A DNA stretch of 64,000 nt from Patescibacteria group bacterium (lineage in GTDB: Bacteria; Patescibacteriota; SICC01): contig JBBDXB010000006.1 of assembly GCA_040902515.1 (NCBI GenBank), positions 499,419-563,418 on the forward strand, in the 5' to 3' direction. The translations under genes were made by a program, and so were the position numbers. The notes beneath the pieces are model-generated. The model did no database searches and was not told the DNA's origin. It saw nothing but the letters and a program-made list of their open reading frames with translations. Below, piece after piece: positions 29,358 through 39,265 of this stretch (positions are counted from its first letter, which is position 1; the number at the start of each line of letters is the position of its first letter).

Positions 29358-30017
29358 ATGAGCCTTAGACGTTCCCAACGAATCCGCCGTTCCCGCCTCC
29401 GCGGGACGATTTCCGGCCAGCGCGGTGCGTCGCCCCTCCTGTTGACTGTCCTGATCGGCCTGTTCCTGACGGCTGGCGCCGGTTTCGGCGGCTGGATCGT
29501 GGCAAGCCAGTCCGCGGCAGAGCAGCTGGCCGAGCAGGAAGACGAGATCAAACGGCTCAAGAAACGGCTCGGCGCGCAACCAAGTCCCGAACCGCTGGCC
29601 AGTGCCGCGCCGCAGACCCAGGAGGGTGACGCGCCGGCCGCCCAGACCGCGACGTACTCCAGTGCGAACCTCGGGTTCGCCGTGGACGTGCCCGAGGAGT
29701 GGATCGGCAAGTGGCGGTACCAGGAGGCGAGCAACGTCGGTGTCAGCACCAATTCCGTGACGTTCTTCCTGATCAACAAGGAGACCAAGTACGCCGAGGT
29801 GGCGACGATCGGCAAGATCCCGATCGACAAGTACAACGACGCCAGGGCTTCCGGCCACGCGATCGGCAACCCGGACAGCCTGCTTGAGGAAACGGGCGGA
29901 TTCGCGTACGTCGTCGTCTTCGCCGACGGTACGGTCGGGGATTACAAGGACTTCACGTACGCCGAAGCGACCGCGGCGGCCAAGCGGTCCTTCAAGGACA
30001 GCTTCCGGACGCTCTAG
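29358..30017 (+). CDS. membrane-anchored/secreted hypothetical protein
   Basis: Basic N-terminus plus a TM helix, then a soluble domain. Confidence 0.55.
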   Translation: MSLRRSQRIRRSRLRGTISGQRGASPLLLTVLIGLFLTAGAGFGGWIVASQSAAEQLAEQEDEIKRLKKRLGAQPSPEPLASAAPQTQEGDAPAAQTATYSSANLGFAVDVPEEWIGKWRYQEASNVGVSTNSVTFFLINKETKYAEVATIGKIPIDKYNDARASGHAIGNPDSLLEETGGFAYVVVFADGTVGDYKDFTYAEATAAAKRSFKDSFRTL

Positions 30018-30053
30018 CGATTCGCCGCCGGGGCACTTCGGTACAATGGTGAG

Positions 30054-32954
30054 GTGAATCCCGCCTCCACCGAACCGAAGCAGCCGAAGCCGCGCACCGG
30101 CCTGAACGAAGCCCAGGCCCGGGCCGTCACCCACGGCGAGGGGCCGCTCCTGATCGTGGCCGGGGCGGGGACGGGCAAGACCAACGTGATCACCCGGCGG
30201 ATCGCGCACCTGATCGAAGAGCGCGGCGTACCGGCGAACGAGATCCTGGCCATCACGTTCACGGAGAAGGCGGCCGGCGAGATGCTCGACCGGCTGATCG
30301 GCATGGGACTCTCGGCGCTGCCGGAGCACATCCAGACGTTCCACGCCTTCGGCGACGCGCTGCTCCGCGAGTACTCCTTCGAGCTGGGGCTGCCGCCGAC
30401 GTACCAGTTGCTCGGCGAAGCGGAGCAGGTGATCTTCCTGGAGGACCATCTCGAGGAACTGGGGCTGGAAGTCCTTTCCCCGCGCGGCCGGCCAGCGGCG
30501 TACCTGCGGGAGATCGCCGGGGCGATCAACCGCGCCAAGGCGGAGGACCTGGCGCCCGATGACTACGCGAAGTGGACGAAGCGGGAGGCGGCCCGGGCGA
30601 AGAAGCTCACCGATCCCGACGAACGGGCCGATGCGGAACGGAGGCTCGCACGCCATCAGGAGGTGGTGGCGGCGTTCGGCGCGTACGAGCGGCTCAAGCG
30701 GGAGCACTACCTGATCGATTACGGCGATCAGGTGCAGCTGCCGCTCCGGCTCCTCCGGGACAAGCCGGAGATCCGGGCGCGGCTTCGGAAGGTCTTCCGC
30801 TGGATCCTCGTCGACGAATACCAGGACACCAACCCGACGCAGGCCGCGCTGGTGGACGAGATCGCGGGACCGGGCGGCAACCTCACGGCGGTCGGTGACG
30901 ACGACCAGAGCATCTACGGGTTCCAGGGCGCCGACATCGGGAACATCCAGCGATTCGAGCAGGCACATGAGCGGCCGGCACGGATCGTCCTGACCGAGAA
31001 CTACCGGAGCTCGCAGCCGATCCTCGATGCGGCGTACCGGCTGGTCCGGCACAACCCCGACCGGCTGGAGACGCAGGACGGCTTCGACAAGCGCCTGACC
31101 GCGGCAGCGGTGACGGACGAGGCGGAGCCGCAGTTTCTGCGGTTCGCGACGGTGACGGACGAGGCGGAGGCGGTTGCCGCGCGATTCCGACAGCACCATG
31201 AGCAGGGCATCCCCTGGCAGGAGATGGCGGTGCTGGTGCGGCAGAAAAAACTCGGACAGCATTTCGCACGGGCGCTGGCATCCGCCGGGATTCCGTACCG
31301 GGCGGAGGGGAGCGGCCGGCTTTACGCGCAACCGGAGGTGAAGCTCTGCGTGAACTTCCTGCTGGCGGTCGCGGATCCGCATGATTCCCCGGCGCTCAAG
31401 CACCTGGCGACCAGCCCGGTCTATGATGTGCCGCTGGATACGTTGTTCGCTGCCGCCGCGCAGATGAAGCGGTACCATAAGCCGCTCTGGGAACTGCTGG
31501 ACCGTCAGGCGAAGGGCGTTCCGCAGGCCAGGAAACTCCTGGATGACATCCGGACGTACGCACGCAGGGCCCGCGAACGGCCGGTGGACGAGCTGCTCTA
31601 TGACTGGCTGGCCGAAGCCGGGTACGCCGAGCGGCTCCGTGCCGGCGGCGACGAACAGCCGGTCGAGAACATCGGCAAGCTCTTCGCGCGGCTCCGACAG
31701 TACGCGGCGACGGCCGAGGACCCGAGCGTCGCTGGCTGGGCGCGGCACTACGCCGACATCGCCGCGCTCTCCGACGAGTCCGTCGCGGCGGAATTCGACG
31801 GCGAGTATGACGCCGTCCGGATCCTCACGGCGCACGGTGCCAAGGGGCTGGAGTTCGAGGTCGTGGCGGTCGCCGGGATGGTGAAAGGGAAGTTTCCGCA
31901 GAACCGGCGGGGCGGCCAGCTCGCGATCGACTCGGTGATCGGTCGGGAAGCGGACAGCGCGTCCCACGAGCGCGAGGAGCGTCGGCTCTGTTACGTGGCG
32001 ATCACCCGGGCGAAGCGGTTCTGCTACCTCACCGCGTCCAGCGACTACCAGACCGCGCGGGCCTGGCGGGCCAGCCCCTTCGTTACCGAGGCGCTCGGGA
32101 ACGACATCGCGACGACGCTGCCGGACGCGCCGAAGGATCCCTGGCGGGCGCTGGCCCAGTCCACACCGGTGACCGCGATCACCAGCCCTGTCGCCAACGA
32201 CGAGATCCTCCGGCTGTCCTACTCGCGACTCCGCGATTACTGGGAGTGCCCGCTCAAGTATTACTGGAAACACGTGGCGAAGTTCCCGGACGAACGGGCG
32301 TTCGCACCGGAGTACGGCAACCTCGTCCACCGGGTGATCGAACGCATCAACCGCGCCAAGCTGGAAGGGCGGAAGCCGAGCCTCAAGGAGAGCCTTGACT
32401 GGTTCGAACGGGGCATCGGGACGCTGCCCGAGGAGCGTCCAGGACAGCGGGAGCGGGCGCACGCCAAGGGTGAGGCCGCGATCAAGCGGTTCTTCGCCGA
32501 GGAAGCGAAGCGCGAGGCGCCGACGAAAGTGGAGCATCCGTTCAAGATGGCGCTGCCCGGCTGCGTGGTGACCGGCCGCCTCGACCGGATCGATATCCAC
32601 CACGGCAGGCCGACGATCGTCGACTACAAGACCAGCGAATCGGTGCGGACCGAAGCCGAAGCCGAGCGGAAGATCAAGCAGAGCGCCCTTGCCAAGCAGC
32701 TCCAGATCTACGCGCTGGCGTACCAGGAGGAGCACGGCGAGCCGCCGGAACGGATCGTCCTGAACTTCGTGGAGACCGGCGTGTCGGCCGTGGCCACGCC
32801 CACGGCCCGGCAGCTTTCCGCGATGCGTGAGAAGATCATCGAGACGGCCACGGCGATCCGGAAGGGCGAGTTCCTGCCGGCGCGGACCGCGCACGAGTGC
32901 AGCCCGTTCGCCGAGTGCCCGGGCCACCGGCCGAAACACCGCACGGAGTCCTGA
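30054..32954 (+). CDS. UvrD/PcrA-family helicase fused to a C-terminal RecB-like PD-(D/E)xK nuclease domain
   Basis: AGAGTGKT Walker A, ITFT and DEYQDT motifs; C-terminal IVDYKTSE (ExK) and Cys cluster. Confidence 0.85.
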   Translation: MNPASTEPKQPKPRTGLNEAQARAVTHGEGPLLIVAGAGTGKTNVITRRIAHLIEERGVPANEILAITFTEKAAGEMLDRLIGMGLSALPEHIQTFHAFGDALLREYSFELGLPPTYQLLGEAEQVIFLEDHLEELGLEVLSPRGRPAAYLREIAGAINRAKAEDLAPDDYAKWTKREAARAKKLTDPDERADAERRLARHQEVVAAFGAYERLKREHYLIDYGDQVQLPLRLLRDKPEIRARLRKVFRWILVDEYQDTNPTQAALVDEIAGPGGNLTAVGDDDQSIYGFQGADIGNIQRFEQAHERPARIVLTENYRSSQPILDAAYRLVRHNPDRLETQDGFDKRLTAAAVTDEAEPQFLRFATVTDEAEAVAARFRQHHEQGIPWQEMAVLVRQKKLGQHFARALASAGIPYRAEGSGRLYAQPEVKLCVNFLLAVADPHDSPALKHLATSPVYDVPLDTLFAAAAQMKRYHKPLWELLDRQAKGVPQARKLLDDIRTYARRARERPVDELLYDWLAEAGYAERLRAGGDEQPVENIGKLFARLRQYAATAEDPSVAGWARHYADIAALSDESVAAEFDGEYDAVRILTAHGAKGLEFEVVAVAGMVKGKFPQNRRGGQLAIDSVIGREADSASHEREERRLCYVAITRAKRFCYLTASSDYQTARAWRASPFVTEALGNDIATTLPDAPKDPWRALAQSTPVTAITSPVANDEILRLSYSRLRDYWECPLKYYWKHVAKFPDERAFAPEYGNLVHRVIERINRAKLEGRKPSLKESLDWFERGIGTLPEERPGQRERAHAKGEAAIKRFFAEEAKREAPTKVEHPFKMALPGCVVTGRLDRIDIHHGRPTIVDYKTSESVRTEAEAERKIKQSALAKQLQIYALAYQEEHGEPPERIVLNFVETGVSAVATPTARQLSAMREKIIETATAIRKGEFLPARTAHECSPFAECPGHRPKHRTES

Positions 32955-32960
32955 ATCACC

Positions 32961-33707
32961 ATGCCGACCGAACACACCCACGACAAACGGCCCCTCGCGA
33001 TCTTCGACATCGACGGCACGCTGTTCCGTTCGGCGGTGATGATGGAGATCGTCGACCATATGATCTCGGTGGACATGCTGCCGGAGTCGGCCTACGCCGA
33101 CCTGGTCGCCGCCCAGAACGCCTGGAAGGACCGGCAGGGCAGCTTCGAGCAGTACAACGACAAGCTCGTCCGCCTGATCGAACATAACCTGGCCGGCGTG
33201 TCGGAGCGGGAGTTCACGGTGCTCGCCGGGGGAGTGATCGGCCGCCTCAAGGACCGGCAGTACCGGTTCACCCACGACCTGCTGGAGAAGCTCCGTGCCC
33301 GGGGATACGCGCTCGTCGCGATCTCCGGCATGTTGGTGCCGGCGCTCAAGATCTATAACCGCTTCCTCAAGTTCGACTATGTCTACGGCTCGAAGCAGGA
33401 GGTGAAGGGCGGCCGGTTCACCGGGAAGCCGGTGGGCCTCCAGCCGTACTACGACAAGGCCGCGGTGGTCCGCTACTTCCTCTCCGAGCATGGCGAGTTC
33501 ACGCTCGACGATTCGTTTGGAATCGGGGACACGGAGGGGGACGTAGGCTTTCTCGAGCTGGTGGAGCACCCGATCGCGTTCAACCCCAACCGGAAGCTGC
33601 TCGAAAAAGCCCAGGCGGCGGGCTGGCGGGTGGTCCTGGAGCGGAAGGACGTGGTATACGACATCACCGAGCCGCGGGTCATCTCTTCGGCGGACGACCT
33701 GTTGTAG
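32961..33707 (+). CDS. HAD-family hydrolase
   Basis: IFDIDGTL motif I. Confidence 0.8.
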   Translation: MPTEHTHDKRPLAIFDIDGTLFRSAVMMEIVDHMISVDMLPESAYADLVAAQNAWKDRQGSFEQYNDKLVRLIEHNLAGVSEREFTVLAGGVIGRLKDRQYRFTHDLLEKLRARGYALVAISGMLVPALKIYNRFLKFDYVYGSKQEVKGGRFTGKPVGLQPYYDKAAVVRYFLSEHGEFTLDDSFGIGDTEGDVGFLELVEHPIAFNPNRKLLEKAQAAGWRVVLERKDVVYDITEPRVISSADDLL

Positions 33708-33758
33708 GCTGGAGGCGAGGGGTTGGCACGGAGCCCCGTGTAACCGTATAGTATACAT

Positions 33759-34805
33759 ATGACTACTGCCATCTTGGTGACCGTAGCCGTCGCGATCGTC
33801 GTGGGGATCGCCGCTGTCTACTACGAGCTGCTCCGGCAGCGCCGTGAGCGTGCGGCACAGGGCGACCAGACGGCGCTCTTGGAGTGGCTCAAGGACTTTA
33901 AGGAGGACCAGCGGCACGCCAGCCGGAGCTCGCAAGAAGCGACCCGGCAGATCGGCGAACGACTCGACAATGCCGCCAAGGTGATCGCGTCGCTGAACCA
34001 GGAGGTCGGCCGGATCCAGAAGATGGGCCAGTCGATCGAGGAGATGCGCGAGGTGTTCCGATCGCCCAAGATGCGCGGCAACATCGGCGAATCGCTGATG
34101 AAGGACATCCTTTCCGAATGTCTGCCGAAGGCCAAGTTCAAGCTGCAATACGGCTTCAAGAGCGGCGAAAAGGTGGACGCGGTGGTGTTCACGTCGAGCG
34201 GGATGATCCCGATCGACTCGAAGTTCCCCCTGGAGAAGTACTTGGCGGCGCAGAAACTACCCGAGGATGCACGCGAGCCGGTGCTCAATGAATTCCACAA
34301 ACAGGTCCGGAAACATATCGACGACATCTCCAAGAAGTACATCTTGCCCGGCGAAGACACGGTGGACTACGCGTTCATGTACGTGCCGGGCGAAGCGGTC
34401 TTCCACGAGATCTACTCGACTACGGATCTCTATGACCACGCTGCGGCCAAGCACGTGATTTTAGTCTCTCCGAACAACTTCTACCTGTTCCTGCAGCTGG
34501 TACTGAAGAGTTTCGAAGGCGAGCAGATCGAGGCGCGGGCCAAGGAAGTGCTGAGCGAACTCCGGGCGATCCAGCAGGATTCGGGGAAGCTTGGCGGCAG
34601 CTTGTCGCTGCTCTTCAAGCATCTCGGCAACGCCCGGAACACCGGGGACGTGGTCGGGAAGGACTTCGAACGGCTCAAGGGGAAGATCGACCACGCCGGC
34701 ACGTTGCCGGCCGATACGAAGGAAGCCAAACGCAAGCTTAAGGCCTTCGCCGAACCGGCAGGGAAGGCCGTGGGAGAGGCCGATCAACCTGCCGCAAGAC
34801 GGTAA
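33759..34805 (+). CDS. rmuC: DNA recombination protein RmuC
   Basis: N-terminal TM plus coiled coil, RmuC C-terminal nuclease-like domain (AVVFTSSGMIPIDSKFPLEKY, YAFMYVPGEAVF). Confidence 0.85.
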   Translation: MTTAILVTVAVAIVVGIAAVYYELLRQRRERAAQGDQTALLEWLKDFKEDQRHASRSSQEATRQIGERLDNAAKVIASLNQEVGRIQKMGQSIEEMREVFRSPKMRGNIGESLMKDILSECLPKAKFKLQYGFKSGEKVDAVVFTSSGMIPIDSKFPLEKYLAAQKLPEDAREPVLNEFHKQVRKHIDDISKKYILPGEDTVDYAFMYVPGEAVFHEIYSTTDLYDHAAAKHVILVSPNNFYLFLQLVLKSFEGEQIEARAKEVLSELRAIQQDSGKLGGSLSLLFKHLGNARNTGDVVGKDFERLKGKIDHAGTLPADTKEAKRKLKAFAEPAGKAVGEADQPAARR

Positions 34806-34904
34806 GCCTGCTTGCGAAAGCCCCGTCCCGCTCCTATGATGGAATGGATGGTAGCTAACACCGTCAAAAACGAACGCGAAGGGCAAAAGGTTCTTTCGCG
34901 CGAC

Positions 34905-34928
34905 CACACCGCCTAAGGGCGGTTTTTC
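34905..34928 (+). terminator. rho-independent terminator ccgcc-taag-ggcgg plus TTTTT
   Basis: Seen directly. Confidence 0.55.
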
Positions 34929-35006
34929 AGTTCTTTCGAAAACCAGGCGACGCCAGTCGGGGGCTGGCAAAAAAGCAACTGCAACGTCAACCAAGGGGAG
35001 CGCTCC

Positions 35007-35507
35007 TTGAGCCATCCGGCTTTCGTGCAGGGAACCAAGGTGGTGGGCTGGCGTCCGGAGATTCCACCGGAGCTGGCCACGCTGCTGCGGGAGGCGGCTT
35101 ACTGGGACAAGCGATTGGACCAGGTCCGAGGCCGTCGCCAACGACGCACCTGCGCACACAAGAAGTACCGCGCCTTACTGGAGGCGCATCATACCTACCC
35201 GGCGTACTTCCTGCCGCTCAGACGACAGCGGCGGGGAACCTGCCAGTTCGTGGTCTTCAGCTCGAAGATTGGCTATCCGGGTAACGCACGACGGCTCCGG
35301 ACGTGCATGCACGTCCCGCTTCGCGCGATAGACTCCAGTAAGGAGTGGCGCATCCAGTGCAAAGCGGTCTTCGACCGGCCCCGCCCCTACCAGCGGATAC
35401 GGCCGACCGAGGATGCGCGGTTCTGGCCCGAGGACAGACCCGAGGAGGTGATTACTTCCGCTCCGGCCACGCCGGCGACGGCACGTCCGCATCCGGCCTT
35501 GGCATGA
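35007..35507 (+). CDS. hypothetical basic protein (166 aa)
   Basis: ORF ending 44 nt before a strong terminator. Confidence 0.35.
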   Translation: MSHPAFVQGTKVVGWRPEIPPELATLLREAAYWDKRLDQVRGRRQRRTCAHKKYRALLEAHHTYPAYFLPLRRQRRGTCQFVVFSSKIGYPGNARRLRTCMHVPLRAIDSSKEWRIQCKAVFDRPRPYQRIRPTEDARFWPEDRPEEVITSAPATPATARPHPALA

Positions 35508-35550
35508 CCACCAATCGTTAGGAGGACCGTCCCGTTCTCATAACGGAAAA

Positions 35551-35596
35551 GGCAGCGCACCCGTTTCGCTTCATGCGAAACCGCGCTGCTTTTTTC
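35551..35596 (+). terminator. rho-independent terminator (ggcagcgc...gcgctgc plus TTTTTT)
   Basis: Seen directly. Confidence 0.6.
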
Positions 35597-35672
35597 ATGC
35601 CCGGAAAACCATTGAACATAATTTTTGAAAAGGTGTTGACAGGCATTGTTCATCGTGATAGGTTGACTTAAT

Positions 35673-35718
35673 CCCGATTGAGCGGCGGCCCACCGAGGCC
35701 CCAACAATCGGGTTTTTT
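35673..35718 (+). terminator. hairpin cccgattg/caatcggg with 24-nt loop followed by TTTTTT
   Basis: Seen directly; preceded by TTGACA-like hexamers. Confidence 0.35.
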
Positions 35719-36154
35719 GCTCCCTTACCAACCAGCGTCCTACCACAGCCTTGAACGGCGGGGACTCGAGCATCTTCTCAAGAAGCGCAGCGCCTCCTGA
35801 GAAGGAAAAACAAAATACCAACCTTCATCGACCGACTATCGCTAGCCAGAAGGTGCTCGACGCCCTGCTGTTCGAGCGGGTGCCGATCCCACCCACCCGG
35901 TCAGCGAGACGAACGTTTGCGCAAACAAAAACCAACGGTGGCCCGTTACGGTGGTCCACCACTTCCAAAACGTCAAACCAAAATCCAAGTGTTCGAAACC
36001 ATTCATCGTTTGTCCTGACCACGTGCCGGGCAGCAACTCTTTGCATCACCGGCCTGAGCCCTCTGACGGGAAAAAATCAAAACAAATGCTCGTACCAGAG
36101 GCTCAGACCGGCGATGCCAAGCCTGCTGCCCGGCACATCCAAGACAGGTAGGGC

Positions 36155-36196
36155 CGGGGCTCCCCGGATCATCAGGGGAGCCCCAACACTTCTTTT
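36155..36196 (+). terminator. 10-bp stem ggggctcccc/ggggagcccc with U-rich tail
   Basis: Seen directly in the 600-bp non-coding stretch upstream of lgt. Confidence 0.35.
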
Positions 36197-36331
36197 CGAC
36201 CTTGGTCCTTCGCCGTCCGCGGCGAATGCTGTTTCGGAAAGGGGCGCCGGCAGCACCATTATTTTTACAAAAGGGGTGGCCTTAGCTTGGCGCCTTTTTC
36301 ATTTGGCGACGACTTGCATGACAATGGGAGC

Positions 36332-37126
36332 ATGCATCCGGTGCTCTTCGAACTCGGGCCGTTGACCGTCTACAGTTACGGTCTGTTCGTGGTGCTCGCC
36401 GTTGTGGTCGCGGTGGCGGCGATCTATCTGTTGGCCCGGCAGGCGCGTCTGCCGGTGAAATACCTGGCCGACTACGTCCTGTACGGCACGCTGGCCGCCC
36501 TGGTCGGCGCTCGGATCTGGTACCTCATGCTCCGGCCCGACGAGATCGGGGGGCCGGCGACCTGGTTCGCGATCGGCGGCGGCCGACTGGCGCTTGCCGG
36601 CGGCCTGCTCCTGGGGTCGTTGGTGTTGTTCCTGTTGATCCGGCGGCATCGGGGGCCGCTCTGGCGATGGCTCGACGTGGTCGCGGTCGGAGCGGTCCTC
36701 GGGCTTGCGATCGGGAGGCTCGGCAGTTATCTCAACGGTGACTACCTCGGGACGGCGACCGGCTTGCCCTGGGGTGTGACCTATGAGGAGCGGCCGGCGC
36801 TCGCGGCCGCCGGGGAGCGACTCCACCCGCTGGCGCTCTACGCGGCGGGGCTGTATGCGGGCATCGCTTTCTATGCGTACCGGCTCTGGCGATTGCGACC
36901 CGCGCACGCGCCGGCCGGGATGCTATTCTGGTTGGTCCTCCTGCTGGTTTCCACCGTACAGCTGGCTCTGGAACCGTGGCATCATCCGGCGGATGCCCTC
37001 TTCCTGACGGAAGGCGCCCGGGCGACGGTGCCGGTCTTCCTCGCGTCGTCCGGCGTGAGCCTCTGGGTCCTGATGACCCGCTACGGCCTGCGGCCGCCGC
37101 GCCGCCGGGAAAGGGTGCGACGATGA
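36332..37126 (+). CDS. lgt: prolipoprotein diacylglyceryl transferase
   Basis: Polytopic; conserved Lgt N-terminus (FELGPLTVYSYG) and the GARIWY motif. Confidence 0.85.
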   Translation: MHPVLFELGPLTVYSYGLFVVLAVVVAVAAIYLLARQARLPVKYLADYVLYGTLAALVGARIWYLMLRPDEIGGPATWFAIGGGRLALAGGLLLGSLVLFLLIRRHRGPLWRWLDVVAVGAVLGLAIGRLGSYLNGDYLGTATGLPWGVTYEERPALAAAGERLHPLALYAAGLYAGIAFYAYRLWRLRPAHAPAGMLFWLVLLLVSTVQLALEPWHHPADALFLTEGARATVPVFLASSGVSLWVLMTRYGLRPPRRRERVRR

Positions 37127-37566
37127 CGCCCTCCGTCCGGCGGGGTCCGGAACCGGCCGGACTGATAGCGTTGGCGCTCTTGGCGGCCGACCAGCTTACC
37201 AAGCTGATCGTCATGCAGAGCGGTGAGACCCTCACGGCCGGTCCGATGACCGTTGGTGCGCTGGTGAACCGCTCCGGCGTGCTGGGTCTTCCGCTCAGCA
37301 ACGCCCTGCTGATCGCGGCCGGGTTCATGATCGTACTCGGCATCGCCGTATTGCTTGCCCGCACCCCGCGGCCGTCGGTCCGGCTGGGGCTTTGGCTGCT
37401 TCTGGCAGGCGCGGTCGGGAACACCATCGACCGGCTGCTCTACGGCGGCGCGCTGGACATCGTCGCGATCGGGCCGTCGTCGCACTTCAACCTGGCGGAC
37501 ATCTGGATCCTGCTCGGCGGGCTGGCGCTGCTCCTCGCGGTGTGGCGGAAGGACGGCGGTGGTTGA
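37123..37566 (+). CDS. lspA: lipoprotein signal peptidase II (ATGA-coupled to lgt)
   Basis: DQLTK and GNTIDR motifs. Confidence 0.85.
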   Translation: MTPSVRRGPEPAGLIALALLAADQLTKLIVMQSGETLTAGPMTVGALVNRSGVLGLPLSNALLIAAGFMIVLGIAVLLARTPRPSVRLGLWLLLAGAVGNTIDRLLYGGALDIVAIGPSSHFNLADIWILLGGLALLLAVWRKDGGG

Positions 37567-38275
37567 ACGCGCCGCCGCGGACGTCCCCCGGCCGGTGATC
37601 CGCTACGAAGACGACGATCTGGCGGTGATCAGCAAGCCGGCGGGACTGGCGGTGCATCCCGGTGCGGGACGGCCGACCGGCACGCTGCTCGACTGGCTCG
37701 ACACGGCGATTCCGGCGACCCGGCGGCTCGAGCGCCATGGCCTGGTGCACCGGCTGGACCGGGACACCTCGGGGCTTTTGATCATCGCGAAGACCGATGC
37801 GGCGGCGCGGGACCTTTCCGCGCAGTTCCAGGATCGCCGCGTACGGAAATGGTACCGGGCACTCGTGGAGGGAACGCCTGCCAAGCCGACCGCCGAGATC
37901 GACGCGCCGATTGCCCGGCACCACGCCGACCGCAAACGCTACGCCGTCCGGCCGGACGGCAAGCCGGCCTCGACGACGTACCGGACGGTGCATGCGTATC
38001 CGGGTCGGACGCTGCTTGAGGTGGAGCCCAGGACCGGCCGGACCCACCAGATCCGCGTGCACCTGGCGGCGCTGCGACATCCGATCGTCGGGGATGCGGT
38101 GTACGGCATGACGGATCCCGACCTCGGCCGCCAGTTCCTGCACGCCACCAAGCTCCGGTTCACGCATCCGCGGACGAAACGCTCCTTGACCGTCGAGGAC
38201 CCGCTCCCGGATGATTTGAAGGTGTTCCTGCGGGAATCGGACAAGCGCACCCGGGAATCCGACACAAGCACATGA
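37559..38275 (+). CDS. rluD: RluA-family pseudouridine synthase (GTG start overlapping the lspA stop)
   Basis: HRLDRDTSGLL catalytic motif. Confidence 0.8.
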   Translation: MVERAAADVPRPVIRYEDDDLAVISKPAGLAVHPGAGRPTGTLLDWLDTAIPATRRLERHGLVHRLDRDTSGLLIIAKTDAAARDLSAQFQDRRVRKWYRALVEGTPAKPTAEIDAPIARHHADRKRYAVRPDGKPASTTYRTVHAYPGRTLLEVEPRTGRTHQIRVHLAALRHPIVGDAVYGMTDPDLGRQFLHATKLRFTHPRTKRSLTVEDPLPDDLKVFLRESDKRTRESDTST

Positions 38276-38868
38276 GCAAGACCGCAGACCAGCGTGGAGC
38301 ATTGATCGTCGTGACGGGCCCGTCCGGCGTCGGCAAGGGCACGCTGATCCGGATTATCCGGGAGCGGATCCCGCATCTCGCATACTCCGTGTCGGCAACC
38401 ACGCGGCCGCGCCGGGAGGGGGAACAGGAAGGAGTCGACTACTACTTCCTGTCACCCGAAGAATTCGACCGTCGGATTGCCGCCGGGGAATTCGTCGAGC
38501 ACGCGGAATATGCCGGATACCAATACGGCACGCTCCGGAGCGAGGTCGAACGGCATCTCAAGAGCGGTGATTCCGTCGTTCTGGAAATCGATGTGCAGGG
38601 CGCGCGACAGATCCGCCGGAGCATCCCGGAAGCCACATTGATCTTCGTTTCCCCACCGAGTGCTGCCGAACTGGAGCGTCGGCTGCGCGAGCGGGGCACG
38701 GATACGCCGGAGCACATCGATAAACGCTTGGCGGTGGCCGTAGAGGAGCTCAAGGCGCGTCACGAATTCGACGCGGAGGTCGTCAACGACGATCTGGAAA
38801 CCGCCGCCCGGGAACTGACCGGGTTGGTCCGTGATGCGATCGCGCTCCGGGGCCAGGCGACCGGATAG
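38272..38868 (+). CDS. gmk: guanylate kinase
   Basis: GPSGVGKGT P-loop; YYF and RL..R motifs. Confidence 0.9.
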   Translation: MSKTADQRGALIVVTGPSGVGKGTLIRIIRERIPHLAYSVSATTRPRREGEQEGVDYYFLSPEEFDRRIAAGEFVEHAEYAGYQYGTLRSEVERHLKSGDSVVLEIDVQGARQIRRSIPEATLIFVSPPSAAELERRLRERGTDTPEHIDKRLAVAVEELKARHEFDAEVVNDDLETAARELTGLVRDAIALRGQATG

Positions 38869-38877
38869 CTCTCGGGA

Positions 38878-39186
38878 TCAGGCCTGGGCCGGGCTACCGC
38901 CGCGGCCCTCGAAGTGCTCGATGCAGTAGAGCGGGCGAACCGGAGTGCCGTCGGCGTTCCGGGTGGGCTCGAACGGTACCTCGAAGCTAGTACCGCAGGA
39001 AGTGCACCGGACGGTCGCGCGGACCTTCTGTTCCTGCTTGGCGCGATCCTTGGCGCGGCAGGCGGGGCACTTCTTCGGGATGTTCGTGAGTCCCTTCTCG
39101 TTGAAGGACTTCGCTTCGCCGGCGGTGAAGGTGAACGTCTTCCCGCACTTGGCGCATTCGATCTGGTGGTCGCGTACTTCGATCAT
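38878..39186 (-). CDS. zinc-ribbon protein (four CxxC pairs)
   Basis: CAKCG...CPACR...CTSCG...C pattern. Confidence 0.6.
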   Translation of the reverse strand: MIEVRDHQIECAKCGKTFTFTAGEAKSFNEKGLTNIPKKCPACRAKDRAKQEQKVRATVRCTSCGTSFEVPFEPTRNADGTPVRPLYCIEHFEGRGGSPAQA

Positions 39187-39265
39187 CGGAGACGCATGAT
39201 AGCACGACCGGTCGTCTGAATCAAGTGATACGTAGCTTGGTTACGGTAAAAATACGTGAGGTACA

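Noticed and set aside
28488-34148. 1886-aa minus-strand ORF in the track
   Set aside because: Antisense to five well-supported plus-strand genes (metalloprotease, UvrD-like helicase, HAD, rmuC); Arg/Pro/Gly-rich low-complexity translation typical of spurious antisense ORFs in high-GC DNA
35751-36365. 204-aa plus-strand ORF upstream of lgt
   Set aside because: Translation is Ser/Thr/Pro/Arg-rich and low-complexity; the DNA has repeat and hairpin character and looks non-coding
36299-37427. Minus-strand ORFs of 202 and 231 aa
   Set aside because: Antisense to lgt/lspA, which have clear family motifs
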